From Minisyncoccia bacterium (GTDB taxonomy: Bacteria; Patescibacteriota; Minisyncoccia; Phycocordibacterales; UBA9973), in NCBI GenBank assembly GCA_965656375.1, contig CBFHKH010000001.1, positions 514,845 through 578,844 on the forward strand: DNA of 64,000 nt, in the 5' to 3' direction. Below are positions 13,303 through 22,986 of this stretch, one piece after another (position 1 is the first letter of the stretch; the number at the start of each line of letters is the position of its first letter). A model generated the notes under the pieces. The model was not told where the DNA came from, made no database searches, and saw only the letters and a program-made list of their open reading frames with translations. Made by a program: the position numbers and the translations under genes.

Positions 13303-14013
13303 TTATTGAACTTGGTTATTTATATCAGTACTTTCTGGAACTGTGGTATCGGTTTGTGATGCATCTGTTCTAGGCAGGGATGTTTCTCTCGGTGTCGTCA
13401 CTTCAGGAGTCTTTGGCTTTGCTCCTTCGATAAGAACGTTTTTCTGATAGGAAAGAAGTGCAGGATCGACGATAAACTCAAGATCAAAGCCGACACTGTT
13501 ATCCTTATTCTTTGTCAGGTTAGAAAAAACAATATTTTTAAACGAGCGACCCTTTGCGCTATTGAATGAATCTGCTTGAAGTGCGATAGAACGATAATCC
13601 GCTGAAACACCTGAGACTTTTACTGAGAATCCTTTATCGGTAGTTGCATGTTCGAATTTGGTGTATTGAACCTCAGGTATGGTGAGCTCTCCTAAAAGCG
13701 CAAAAAGCGGAGACAGAACAATGTGACCGTCGAGAATTTGCTTTGATGCCCCTACTCGCTTGTCATAGAGCTCGAGCTCATCGATTGTATCTTTCTCAAA
13801 AGAATCTCGGACCTTGAGCAGTGATGATGAAAGAACTTCTTTTTCTTTGATGAGGTAATTCTTGTAGAGGAATAGTCCACCGGATGCGATACCCATGAGA
13901 ACCATGAGAATAACTGCAATAACAGTAAAGAGACTTGTTGAACGCGGGCGCACTGCAGTCGTCGTGGTGACCGGCTTCTTAGGTATGAATGATGTTTGAA
14001 ATGAATTTTCCAT
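13303..14013 (-). CDS. PilN-like protein
   Basis: FQTSFIPKK start, TM, coiled coil; lies between pilM and pilO. Confidence 0.7.
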   Translation of the reverse strand: MENSFQTSFIPKKPVTTTTAVRPRSTSLFTVIAVILMVLMGIASGGLFLYKNYLIKEKEVLSSSLLKVRDSFEKDTIDELELYDKRVGASKQILDGHIVLSPLFALLGELTIPEVQYTKFEHATTDKGFSVKVSGVSADYRSIALQADSFNSAKGRSFKNIVFSNLTKNKDNSVGFDLEFIVDPALLSYQKNVLIEGAKPKTPEVTTPRETSLPRTDASQTDTTVPESTDINNQVQ

Positions 14014-14015
14014 GG

Positions 14016-15161
14016 TTATGAAAGCTGACGTAGTGCAAGGCCCACTGCTACCGCGAATTCAGGACCGCTTGTTGCAAGAACCGGTTCTAGGAATGCCGGT
14101 GCTTCAGTCTTTTCGAACGGATTGCTGTATACAACTTCCATATGAAAGTTTTCGATCGCGCGCTCGAGTAATCCTTTAAGCAAAGATCCGCCTCCAGTCA
14201 TAATGACTTTACTTATGCTCTTATTATACTTCTTCTCATATGCAAGCACAACACTATTTGTGTCAGAAAATATATAATCTGTGGATAGACGGACGATATC
14301 CGCTACTTCAGCGCTCGCACTCGCATCAAGACCAACTGATCGCTTCATCTTTTCTGCTTCAGCAAATGACATTGAGAGGGATTGGGAGATATTTTTAGTA
14401 ATATCTTGAGAACCACGGTTGACGATGTGAAATACGCGCACAACACCAGCCTCGATGATCGAAAGCTTGGTCTTTGATGCGCCAAAATCCATGAGGAGTA
14501 CCGGCGCCAAATCATTGTTGAATGATGAACGGATGTTTGAGAATATTTCCATTTCAAAAGAATCGGAATTGATATTTGTTTTTGTCAGTATCTCTTGGTA
14601 TTTAGAAAGCGTATCATTGTGTATCGCGACAACGAGGACTTCTAGTTTTGGTTCATAGATTGTCTTCGGTTCTCCGTTATTCATATTCCCTTCAAAATTG
14701 TCGATCTCTTGCGGAATAACGAACCAATCAAGAGCAACTTCGGAAATCGGTACCGGAATATATTTGCGAGCTTCAGTTGGTACAATTGTTGCAAGCTTGT
14801 CTTCGGTAACATTTGCAGGGAGTGAGATGGTAAAGATCAAGCTCGATGATGATGGGATCGCGATAACACCACTGAGTGTCGTAATATTTGACTCCTTAAT
14901 GACATCGATGAGCGCACGTGCGATATCATCTGTGCTTAAATTTGTAACAGCACCGACGTCAGTATTGCCATACGGACCAAGAGAAAGAGCGCCGTATGTC
15001 TCGAGTATTGCCTTACCTCCTTTTTTCTTGAGCTGGACTGCTTTTATAGCCGACGAACCAATATCGATCCCAAGTACGCTTTTTGATGAATTCTCAGATG
15101 AGAATATATGAGAGAGATTTGCTAATCCTCCGGATATGATTTTCTTGAGTGATGTATCCAT
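14016..15161 (-). CDS. pilM: Type IV pilus assembly protein PilM
   Basis: GIDIGSSAIK, MDFGASKT, MTGGGSLLKGL, AVAVGLALR (actin-like). Start inferred at MDTSLKK. Confidence 0.93.
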   Translation of the reverse strand: MDTSLKKIISGGLANLSHIFSSENSSKSVLGIDIGSSAIKAVQLKKKGGKAILETYGALSLGPYGNTDVGAVTNLSTDDIARALIDVIKESNITTLSGVIAIPSSSSLIFTISLPANVTEDKLATIVPTEARKYIPVPISEVALDWFVIPQEIDNFEGNMNNGEPKTIYEPKLEVLVVAIHNDTLSKYQEILTKTNINSDSFEMEIFSNIRSSFNNDLAPVLLMDFGASKTKLSIIEAGVVRVFHIVNRGSQDITKNISQSLSMSFAEAEKMKRSVGLDASASAEVADIVRLSTDYIFSDTNSVVLAYEKKYNKSISKVIMTGGGSLLKGLLERAIENFHMEVVYSNPFEKTEAPAFLEPVLATSGPEFAVAVGLALRQLS

Positions 15162-15202
15162 AGACTGTATGTAGTATAGCATAGGTATAGTAAAATAAAG
15201 GA

Positions 15203-15868
15203 GTGGAATCAGGCCTTAAATCACTTATAGATGGGGTGCTCGACCTTCTTTTCCCAGAAAAATGTCTCGGGTGCGGCAAGAAGGGTTCTGCCCTCTGTCC
15301 CCTCTGCATCGCACGCCTCAGGCGAGCCGAAAGAGAAACAAATCCGCATATCATCGCATGTTTTGATTATCGTGACCCTGTAGTAAAGCGTGCGATATGG
15401 AGTCTAAAGTATCATACGCGTCGCCATCTCGGATCTACGCTTGGAGAACTGCTGTACGAATCACTGATCGAAGAGATTGCAGAGATGCGCGAATTTACAA
15501 AAGGAAGTCCGATATGCGTCATTCCTGTCCCGCTCTCACGCACACGAAAGAAAAAGCGTGGATACAACCAAGCAGAAGTTATTGCCCGCGGATTCTGTCG
15601 CTCGGGAGGACAGAACATTTTCGAGCCGAGGAACGACATCATCGTAAAGAAAATCGACACACTCCAGCAAGCGCGAATCACGAATCGTACGATCCGTCTA
15701 CGCAATATCTCTGGTGCATTCCACATAGAGAAACCTAACGATATAAAAGGGCGTACAATCATCATCGTCGATGATGTCACGACGACTGGTGGAACAATGA
15801 ACGAGATCATCAACGTATTAAAAAAATCCGGCGCCAAAAAAGTCGTCGGATTTGCAGTAGCACACTAA
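15203..15868 (+). CDS. comF: ComF family competence protein
   Basis: CLGC...CPLC zinc finger, PVPL, RGYNQAE, IVDDVTTTGGT PRTase motif. Confidence 0.93.
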   Translation: MESGLKSLIDGVLDLLFPEKCLGCGKKGSALCPLCIARLRRAERETNPHIIACFDYRDPVVKRAIWSLKYHTRRHLGSTLGELLYESLIEEIAEMREFTKGSPICVIPVPLSRTRKKKRGYNQAEVIARGFCRSGGQNIFEPRNDIIVKKIDTLQQARITNRTIRLRNISGAFHIEKPNDIKGRTIIIVDDVTTTGGTMNEIINVLKKSGAKKVVGFAVAH

Positions 15869-15930
15869 GAAATAAAAAAACTTTACCATTTTCATAGTAA
15901 AGTTTAATATATTTCCGTGGCACTTTATAG

Positions 15931-16353
15931 CTATTTATCAATAAATACGTGCCCATTTTCATTGACATAAGTTACAGGTAATTTCAGAGGTGGAATTTTG
16001 ATCATATAACTATCAACTTTTTTTATCCAGCAGGCAAGATGGGAAATAATAGTGCGATAACCAATTTTTATTGGATCTCCTTCAATTGCTCCATCGTTAA
16101 AAAAATAGGTAGTCATAATGAATCTTGGAGTATTGCTCGGTTGTTCACCCAGATCTTCGATTCCAGTTACGATAAGCTTTGTTGTCTTAGGTTCGATATT
16201 ATTATCCTTGGTAACAAACCTCCAGTTAGTTTTATCTGATGGATTGATTGGTTCAACATGGAAATCAAAAATTGTTCCGATTTCCCAGTAATATGTTTTA
16301 TTATCAAGTGGACAATTCAATGTTGTCCAATGAAGTCTGATAAAGTTACTCAT
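15931..16353 (-). CDS. Hypothetical protein (AT-rich, own promoter)
   Basis: Fills the gap; TTGACA-17-TAGTGT upstream on the minus strand at about 16384-16406. Confidence 0.6.
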   Translation of the reverse strand: MSNFIRLHWTTLNCPLDNKTYYWEIGTIFDFHVEPINPSDKTNWRFVTKDNNIEPKTTKLIVTGIEDLGEQPSNTPRFIMTTYFFNDGAIEGDPIKIGYRTIISHLACWIKKVDSYMIKIPPLKLPVTYVNENGHVFIDK

Positions 16354-16440
16354 GATGTGTAAGTTTAGTTTAAAAAAACAGTACACTATCAATCAAAAGT
16401 TGTCAATAGCACATTTCTAACAAGTAAATAAGTGTAAAAT

Positions 16441-17634
16441 TTATTTCCACAAATCCCAGATCATCCCGGCGATATTGCGCGGCTTGCCTTCGAGTGCATA
16501 GTAATGAAGATCAATGAATGGCAATGTGTTACATTCGATGATCCCCCATCGCTGTTCATCCGCGGGTTTGGTCGGATCAGGAATAATACAATCAAAACCG
16601 ACAACAGAAAGGCCGACAACACGTGCGGCATTTTCCAATATCGGGACAAAGCTCGGATGAAGTTCATCTATCATCTCTTTGGTAGTTCCGCCAAAAAGGC
16701 GTCCGTTCCTATGCGTAAGGATGATATGTGTGCCGTGAGGAAGTACGTCATCGATACTGTATCCTGCTCGTGCGATCGTATGATAGAGTTCTTCTCCGTG
16801 TCTGATTGCTTGAACTCGATCGGATCTATGTTCATCTTTCTCGCTGATAAGCTCGAGAATTGTTTTTTTACCATCACCTACGATAGAAGGTGCTTGGCCT
16901 TTATAGAATCCGGCGAGAATTCCTCCGACAAGCGTCGCTCGGCAGACAGATCCATGGAGGTGTTCTTCTACAACGAGATGTGATGCGATCTGGTGAGAGA
17001 TAGAGACGGCTTTTTTAAAATCAGAAAGTGTCTCTATGTTGGTGATCGTATGCCGTCCGCGAGATCCAAGTTCTGGCTTTACGATTATCGGCAGTCTAAA
17101 ACTCGCATACACAGATTCAAGATTAGTGAAATGAAACGGTGAGAGCTTTTTATATTTCGGTACCGGAATATTATGCTCGGAGAGTTCCCTCTTTAAAATA
17201 GTTTTGCTATCCCAGTTTTCTCTGAAATCCAAATATTCGGATTGAATCGGAATACTTTCAAAATAGACGGTCTTGCCATTAAGAGTAGTCCGGTACCAAT
17301 CAAGTGCACGTTTTCCGAGTATGATTTGCTCCATCGGAATGCCACGCTTTCGTGCTTCTTCCCAAATGATCCGGGATCGAAATGAACTCGCGCGCTCAAT
17401 ATCAGAAGAGAACCGTGCAAGACCAAGTGCAACAAATCCTCTAAAAAGGATTCTTGGTATCCATCCAGCAAAATCTTTCAAAAATTGAGGAGCATATTTT
17501 GTCGTTCGTACCATATGCGAATCCACGCTCGAAGAAATCAAATTCTCAAGATATGCAAGTCTATGATTTACCGGTGCATCTCCGCAATATGAGCAGGTGC
17601 CTCCGTGTGTAATTGGTTCACGTGTATCGTTCAT
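16441..17634 (-). CDS. ATP-grasp ligase (cyanophycin synthetase/GshF-like) with N-terminal CxxC
   Basis: PIIVKPELGSRG, VVEEHL, IVGDGKKTILELI, GFDCI, IIECNTLPFIDLH. Confidence 0.8.
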   Translation of the reverse strand: MNDTREPITHGGTCSYCGDAPVNHRLAYLENLISSSVDSHMVRTTKYAPQFLKDFAGWIPRILFRGFVALGLARFSSDIERASSFRSRIIWEEARKRGIPMEQIILGKRALDWYRTTLNGKTVYFESIPIQSEYLDFRENWDSKTILKRELSEHNIPVPKYKKLSPFHFTNLESVYASFRLPIIVKPELGSRGRHTITNIETLSDFKKAVSISHQIASHLVVEEHLHGSVCRATLVGGILAGFYKGQAPSIVGDGKKTILELISEKDEHRSDRVQAIRHGEELYHTIARAGYSIDDVLPHGTHIILTHRNGRLFGGTTKEMIDELHPSFVPILENAARVVGLSVVGFDCIIPDPTKPADEQRWGIIECNTLPFIDLHYYALEGKPRNIAGMIWDLWK

Positions 17635-17802
17635 ATACAAACAAAGAGACAGCCCTCGATTTCTCTTGACTGTCTCTTTGGGCGAAATATCACCTCTTAG
17701 TGTTCTCCTCGTGTCATGGTGGTAATAAGATTATAGGGTTGATAAACGACCTATGAATATAGTATAGCACACCCGTATTTCCATGCGAGCTTTCTCATGG
17801 AC

Positions 17803-18855
17803 TTATGTTTGTGAATCACCTATATCTTGAACGGTACATACTACTCTTAGGGGATTGCCTTTTCCATCCCGCTTTATTTTACAAAGGGACATTATCTCAT
17901 GCTCTTTCTGATCAGGACTTTTGATTCCATATTTGAATGTGGCAAACGACGAATCATGTGGCATTTCTTCGAGCTCTTTTTGTATTCGAACAACATCTTC
18001 ATGATTCACGTACCCCATAAGGTCAGTCAAAGAAAGCTTCGACTGTTTGCTCCAGATAAGATCCATAACTACTTTATCGATAAGGACATCATTCGTGGCA
18101 GCGCTCCATGTCAATTGACCGAGACGCGCGATACCTTTCACTTCAAGCAAATGATCTCTTCCTGCTGAAAGATCCTGGTTTACTTTTTCGAGCTCTGTTC
18201 CATATGCGTTTGATCGTTGTATGAGAAAGACGAGAAGTACAATCACTAAAAAGAGAAGTATCGAAATGATGAGAACAGCTTCCCGAGCGATCCGAATACT
18301 TTCGAGTATATTTTTAGCATCTACATCCATACCGACAAGCGCCAGAACTTGTCCCGTATCAGGATCAAGAACCGGATAATACGCAGAAATCCATGTCCCC
18401 CATTCATCAGTATAGGGACCGCTCGTGTATGCAATAGCGCGAGTGTGGTTGTAGATATCAAGCTCAGTCGCATCGTTATATGGCTGACCAGGAGGAGAAT
18501 AATCTTTTGAAGATGGATTCTCAGAATCAACGTAGAAGAATTGACTTCCCCCACGGAGGCCCATCAGGTATACGAATCTGCTATCAGTATTTACAACATG
18601 CACATTTTCTAATGTTCGTTTGAGGTGTTCGTATGAAGTAGTTCCGATATCAGCGTCTGTACCAGTGAGATTCTGTATATCATTCACACTAATCAGTTGT
18701 GCAATCGTTCCCGCACGCAGGAGCAACCCTTCGCGCACGTTCTTGTTGATCTTCGAACCAACATACACCATCCCCCATAGACTAAGACCAATTATCGCAA
18801 AGAGCGCAATACTGCTTGCAATGATTCCATATCTACGATTACTCTTTGTATACAT
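17803..18855 (-). CDS. Membrane sensor (TM-Cache/PDC-TM-PAS) without an output domain
   Basis: FVYLM...YSPPGQPY...GPYTDEWGTWISAYYP...VGMDV between two TMs; C-terminal PAS/PAC-like segment ending CTVQDI. Confidence 0.75.
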   Translation of the reverse strand: MYTKSNRRYGIIASSIALFAIIGLSLWGMVYVGSKINKNVREGLLLRAGTIAQLISVNDIQNLTGTDADIGTTSYEHLKRTLENVHVVNTDSRFVYLMGLRGGSQFFYVDSENPSSKDYSPPGQPYNDATELDIYNHTRAIAYTSGPYTDEWGTWISAYYPVLDPDTGQVLALVGMDVDAKNILESIRIAREAVLIISILLFLVIVLLVFLIQRSNAYGTELEKVNQDLSAGRDHLLEVKGIARLGQLTWSAATNDVLIDKVVMDLIWSKQSKLSLTDLMGYVNHEDVVRIQKELEEMPHDSSFATFKYGIKSPDQKEHEIMSLCKIKRDGKGNPLRVVCTVQDIGDSQT

Positions 18856-18890
18856 ATATAGTGTAGTATCTCTTATTTTAAAGTAAAAAT

Positions 18891-19019
18891 CTACAGGCCG
18901 TACATCGTATATGCAGCAACTGTCGTCTCCAAATGTCGAGCAAACAATACAAAGATCCCGATATTGGCAAGAATAAAGAGTGCGATCAAAATCCAGGATT
19001 TTTTAATTTTAGTTTTCAT
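18891..19019 (-). CDS. Small membrane protein (42 aa)
   Basis: MKTKIKKSWILIALFILANIGIFVLF; TAATG coupling to the upstream DoxX gene. Confidence 0.5.
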   Translation of the reverse strand: MKTKIKKSWILIALFILANIGIFVLFARHLETTVAAYTMYGL

Positions 19020-19468
19020 TAGGAAATTCGAGATGGCAGCGGATGTAAATGTGCAGCAATACCAAATGCACATGCGATAAGGGCGAGGTTTTTAATAATG
19101 TATTGTCCTTCTAGTGTTGGGGTCATAAAACCTGACCATGTCTCCTGTGGTAGTAAAAAGAGTGGCATAAATGTCGTGATCATATGGAAAAAAAGTAACG
19201 GAATAACGATACGCTCAAATCCACGAATGAGAAAAAGGACCCCAATGAGCATTTCAAACAATCCAAATAATGTGAGGAAAGTCGCAAATAACATGAAAGG
19301 AATTGTGCTCTCAAAAAGCTCTTGTACTAAGCCGCTTGCAGGTGAAAGTCCGACAATTTTGAGAAATCCAAACCAAAAGAAAATCACAAAAAGCCCGAAT
19401 CGCGCAAGCGGCACTGACACTCTCCTGAAGAAGTGTATCACTTCGACATCAGTTTTATGTATATTCAT
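19019..19468 (-). CDS. DoxX-family membrane protein
   Basis: IFFWFGFLK, GLFEMLIG, TLEGQYIIKNL. Confidence 0.8.
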   Translation of the reverse strand: MNIHKTDVEVIHFFRRVSVPLARFGLFVIFFWFGFLKIVGLSPASGLVQELFESTIPFMLFATFLTLFGLFEMLIGVLFLIRGFERIVIPLLFFHMITTFMPLFLLPQETWSGFMTPTLEGQYIIKNLALIACAFGIAAHLHPLPSRIS

Positions 19469-19471
19469 ATG

Positions 19472-19642
19472 CTAGATCCAATTTGCAAGATATGCGACAA
19501 AGAGTAAGAAACCAAGAAGACCCAAGAGTGGCTGAATGCGAGAAAGAATCCCGAGAATGATGATAGCAAGGATCATCTTGAGCACACCAAGGGCAAGGAT
19601 TGATGCCCATACGGTTTGGAAAAATAATTGTAGTAGTATCAT
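19472..19642 (-). CDS. Small hydrophobic membrane protein (56 aa; below the track cutoff)
   Basis: Manual translation MILLQLFFQTVWASILALGVLKMILAIIILGILSRIQPLLGLLGFLLFVAYLANWI; its stop is 3 nt before the next ATG. Confidence 0.6.
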   Translation of the reverse strand: MILLQLFFQTVWASILALGVLKMILAIIILGILSRIQPLLGLLGFLLFVAYLANWI

Positions 19643-19680
19643 GCGTTAATTGTACAATATGTCTAACTTTAAAGTCAAAA

Positions 19681-20070
19681 CTATCGTGCAATTGATGCGA
19701 GAGGAGAACTCGAGTGAAGTCTATGGTAGTTCACGTATGAGATGACAAGGAGAATACATGCGACAACAGGCAAGATGAGAAGGTTTCCGAAGCCAGCGAC
19801 TACCCAAATACTTATAAATGCGCAAATAAAATCAATAGCAAATCCTGCATATGCCCATTCCTTTACACGAGCTGGAACCTTGGGAATGATAAGCGCGAGA
19901 GAACCGAGAACTTTAAACACAGTAATGATAGTCACGAAATAAACAGGATATCCCAGGCTTGTGATACCTTCTATCGCCATTTGTGAATGCCCGGTAAGTG
20001 CTGGCATCACTCCTTCACCAAGAAAGATAATAGCAGTTGAAACCCAAAACAATATTTTTGCTTTTTTCAT
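19681..20070 (-). CDS. DoxX-like family membrane protein
   Basis: LGYPVYF...FKVLG...RVKEWAYAGF. Confidence 0.88.
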   Translation of the reverse strand: MKKAKILFWVSTAIIFLGEGVMPALTGHSQMAIEGITSLGYPVYFVTIITVFKVLGSLALIIPKVPARVKEWAYAGFAIDFICAFISIWVVAGFGNLLILPVVACILLVISYVNYHRLHSSSPLASIAR

Positions 20071-20128
20071 ATGCCTCTACTGTATAATTTCCAAACTCGG
20101 TTTGCAAGCACTACCTCTCTAGGAAATG

Positions 20129-20743
20129 TTACTTGAGCGCGTCTTTTAAAACTGCATATACTTTTTGAGCGATCTTCTGATATCCCTCATCATTCGGATG
20201 TATCGGATCACTCATATAGTGTGTATTTGTAAGGAGGCCCGAGAGTACATCTGGAACATAATACACATCCCTCGTATCTCGTATCGTTTCAAATTCTTTC
20301 TTGAATGGATCCGATAGCAATCCTCCTCGAACTCCAAGCAGTATGACGGTGATTCCACGCTCCTTGAGGCGAACAACTATTTCATCTAGATTCTTGAATG
20401 TCTCTTCTATCGGAACTTTTCTCAGAAAATCATTCCCACCAAGGAGAACTATGACAATCTTTGGATCTTTCTCAAATACTTCATCGATCGCTTCGAGTCC
20501 GCCCGTTGTGGTTCTTCCTGGTACGCCCATATTCTCTATCGGCTCTCCTACCATAGTACTGAGAAGAAATGGGAAATCATGTTCTTTGGTTGATCCGACT
20601 CCGGATACCAAACTATCGCCAAATGCGACGATCGTTGTGCCAGTTGTTGACGGCGCTTTGTTTTGAGCTGGCTTTTTAAATATGTAATAGAGCAAAAAAG
20701 CGACACCACATATGATAAGGATTGAAATGATAATTTTATACAT
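20129..20743 (-). CDS. SGNH/GDSL arylesterase
   Basis: FGDSL, GVPG, LGGND, DPIHPN blocks; N-terminal anchor. Confidence 0.92.
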   Translation of the reverse strand: MYKIIISILIICGVAFLLYYIFKKPAQNKAPSTTGTTIVAFGDSLVSGVGSTKEHDFPFLLSTMVGEPIENMGVPGRTTTGGLEAIDEVFEKDPKIVIVLLGGNDFLRKVPIEETFKNLDEIVVRLKERGITVILLGVRGGLLSDPFKKEFETIRDTRDVYYVPDVLSGLLTNTHYMSDPIHPNDEGYQKIAQKVYAVLKDALK

Positions 20744-21284
20744 TGTGCAATAAAAATTCTCTAACTTGTTCTATCGGTTTTATGAGGAGGTATGCTTTGT
20801 GGTTATCTTCTTCATTCATTTCTGCTCGCGTTACTTCGTACCCTTCGGGAATAAATAGCCTGTCCCAGCCATAGCCATTCTCCCCTCTCGGTTCTGTTGC
20901 GATCTTGCCACCCAGTTTTGATTCAAAAAATTTAAGCGTGCTTCCGTCAAAGTATCCGAATACGCACCGAGCCGTCGCATTTCTATTTTCTTTGATCATG
21001 TTGCAAATCTTTTCGAATGGAACAGTGTCCACAAAAAATTTGATAAACGGTCCAGGCAAGCCATGGAGTTCTTCAAATTCAAGTGACACATCTTCAACGA
21101 GCACTGGCTTTTTGATCAGATCAAATGCCTGTCTAACTTTATGCTCGACGATGGTGTGTAAATCAAGCGACTGTATCTCATCGAGATCTAATTTTTGATA
21201 GTGTATCGAGAGTCCAAGTAACTTTTCGAGGTATTCGGCCTTCTTTTGATTACCAGTGATGAATGTTACGTCGAGTTCTTTCAT
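20736..21284 (-). CDS. Non-canonical purine NTP pyrophosphatase (HAM1/ITPase family)
   Basis: FITGNQKK, DEIQ, VEDVSL, GLPGPFIK, GYGWD. Confidence 0.9.
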   Translation of the reverse strand: MKELDVTFITGNQKKAEYLEKLLGLSIHYQKLDLDEIQSLDLHTIVEHKVRQAFDLIKKPVLVEDVSLEFEELHGLPGPFIKFFVDTVPFEKICNMIKENRNATARCVFGYFDGSTLKFFESKLGGKIATEPRGENGYGWDRLFIPEGYEVTRAEMNEEDNHKAYLLIKPIEQVREFLLHNV

Positions 21285-21296
21285 AGAAGGTTTTTC

Positions 21297-21743
21297 TTAT
21301 ACGAGAGTTTGAACAGTTGCTCGTCTGCGAGATTCGTGGACGAGGACCACGAGTCCGGCAATCGCAAGGGTCATATTTTTAATCACAAATTCACCATCGA
21401 GTGAAAGAATCGGAAACTGAGGGCTGAATACTACATGCCAGCCAAAGATAAATGTCGAAAACGTTCCCACAAGGTGAAAGAGTACGATGCAATGTGTAAA
21501 GAGAAGCGCGCGATTAATGAAAAGCATGAGTCCGATAAACGCTTCGACTACTCCCAAGATCACAAGCCCATGCCCGTGTGCAAGCGCAGGTATAACAGAA
21601 TTATAAATAAGGTCAAAGACAGGGTTATATCCGAGAATTTTTAGTATTCCAAACCACAAGAATATGAGTGCGAGTGTATAGCGAAGAGTAGTAATAAGAA
21701 TATTCTCATATCGAGATGAAAAAATAGTACGTAAGATTTGCAT
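21297..21743 (-). CDS. DoxX-family membrane protein
   Basis: FLWFGILK, GVVEAFIG, SLDGEFVIKN; paralogue of 19019-19468. Start set at MQILR. Confidence 0.78.
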   Translation of the reverse strand: MQILRTIFSSRYENILITTLRYTLALIFLWFGILKILGYNPVFDLIYNSVIPALAHGHGLVILGVVEAFIGLMLFINRALLFTHCIVLFHLVGTFSTFIFGWHVVFSPQFPILSLDGEFVIKNMTLAIAGLVVLVHESRRRATVQTLV

Positions 21744-21849
21744 GCGTGTATTGTAGCAAAAAATCGAGGTCATGAAAATTGTGTTTGACAATCGACTGTA
21801 AAATTGTAATATGAGCTTGAAATCAATATTGATCACCAAAATTAAAGAA

Positions 21850-22956
21850 ATGAAAAAGATCTTCAAGCTAGGATTCCAGCTCAAAACACCGTGGCAAATC
21901 TTGCCAGTTCTTTGGAAAAAGTTCCGGATGTCTTTGTCTCTTATAGTCACCCTTAACTTAAATGATTATCATGCAGGAGGGTTACGGAGATATTTTTTCG
22001 TCACAATGATGAAGAAGCATCTTATAAAAACGAGCTTTTTTTATGTAAAGAACCATATGGTATCTCCAAAATTGTTGAAGGAAGTAAGAAAATTGTATCT
22101 CCAATTCTATGCCTTGCCGGAGGAAGTAAAAAAGAAATACTATTTCCCGGAAGTTGGCGGACAGTACGGTTTTACACCATTTGGCACTGAAAAGGGTGAT
22201 GGTGCAAAATTTGCTGACACGAAAGAATTTTTCCAGGTGGGCGATATGCATCCATTCCCTTTCGTGAAAGAAATTCCTGAACTCCAAGCAAAGACAATAA
22301 AATTGTTTAATGCAATGAGAAATACCTACCAGACATTGCTGGAGCCACTATCTCTCCTTTTAGGAAAGACAGCTAATTATTTGCTAAATAAAGAAGGCAA
22401 TTCTATTCTGCGGATTATCAATTATCCAGCACAGGCAAATCCAAGAAGGCACGAAGAAGGCGATGCGATTGTAGATGGTGGCAATGCTGGCGGTCTGTGT
22501 GCGTACAGGCATAGAGATATAAATTTCCTAACATTGATTCCTATACCTCAAAAAGGTCTTGAGTTAGAATTTAAAGGGAAATATGTAAAAATTCCTGTTA
22601 GACGGGGATGTATTTTAGTGAATGCTGGCCTGATGCTAGAACATATTAGTAACGGTTTGATCAAAGCAGGCCCTCATCAGGTGATTTGCGAAAAGGATCT
22701 CCAGCGCTTATCGATTGTGTTGTTTGGCCATCCTTTGCCACGGGCAATTATTAAAGCACTGGCTAAAATTAATGGTGAGCCAGATTATGAAAAATATCCA
22801 TTTACTATTGCACACGACTTTTTGATGGATGTGCTCATAAAGATTGAATTGCTTAAAGAGGCAATCTCGATTGAAGAAGTAGCAGGTGGAAATATTGAGG
22901 TATGTGAAGACGAGAGAGAAACAGAAGAAGTTTTTGATATAGAAATTTTCGAATAA
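21850..22956 (+). CDS. Isopenicillin-N-synthase-like 2OG-Fe(II) oxygenase
   Basis: FYALPEEVKKKY, ILRIINYP, HRD (HxD), GPH, RLS (RxS). Start uncertain; TTGACA at 21785. Confidence 0.85.
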   Translation: MKKIFKLGFQLKTPWQILPVLWKKFRMSLSLIVTLNLNDYHAGGLRRYFFVTMMKKHLIKTSFFYVKNHMVSPKLLKEVRKLYLQFYALPEEVKKKYYFPEVGGQYGFTPFGTEKGDGAKFADTKEFFQVGDMHPFPFVKEIPELQAKTIKLFNAMRNTYQTLLEPLSLLLGKTANYLLNKEGNSILRIINYPAQANPRRHEEGDAIVDGGNAGGLCAYRHRDINFLTLIPIPQKGLELEFKGKYVKIPVRRGCILVNAGLMLEHISNGLIKAGPHQVICEKDLQRLSIVLFGHPLPRAIIKALAKINGEPDYEKYPFTIAHDFLMDVLIKIELLKEAISIEEVAGGNIEVCEDERETEEVFDIEIFE

Positions 22957-22958
22957 TT

Positions 22959-22986
22959 AAAAGAGTTCGCAATTGCGAACTCTTTT
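22959..22986. terminator. Bidirectional terminator
   Basis: Perfect palindrome aaaagagttcgcaattgcgaactctttt between convergent genes. Confidence 0.75.

Noticed and set aside
19455-19691. 78-aa track ORF
   Set aside because: It overlaps both neighbours; the 56-aa hydrophobic ORF at 19472-19642 fits the gap cleanly.
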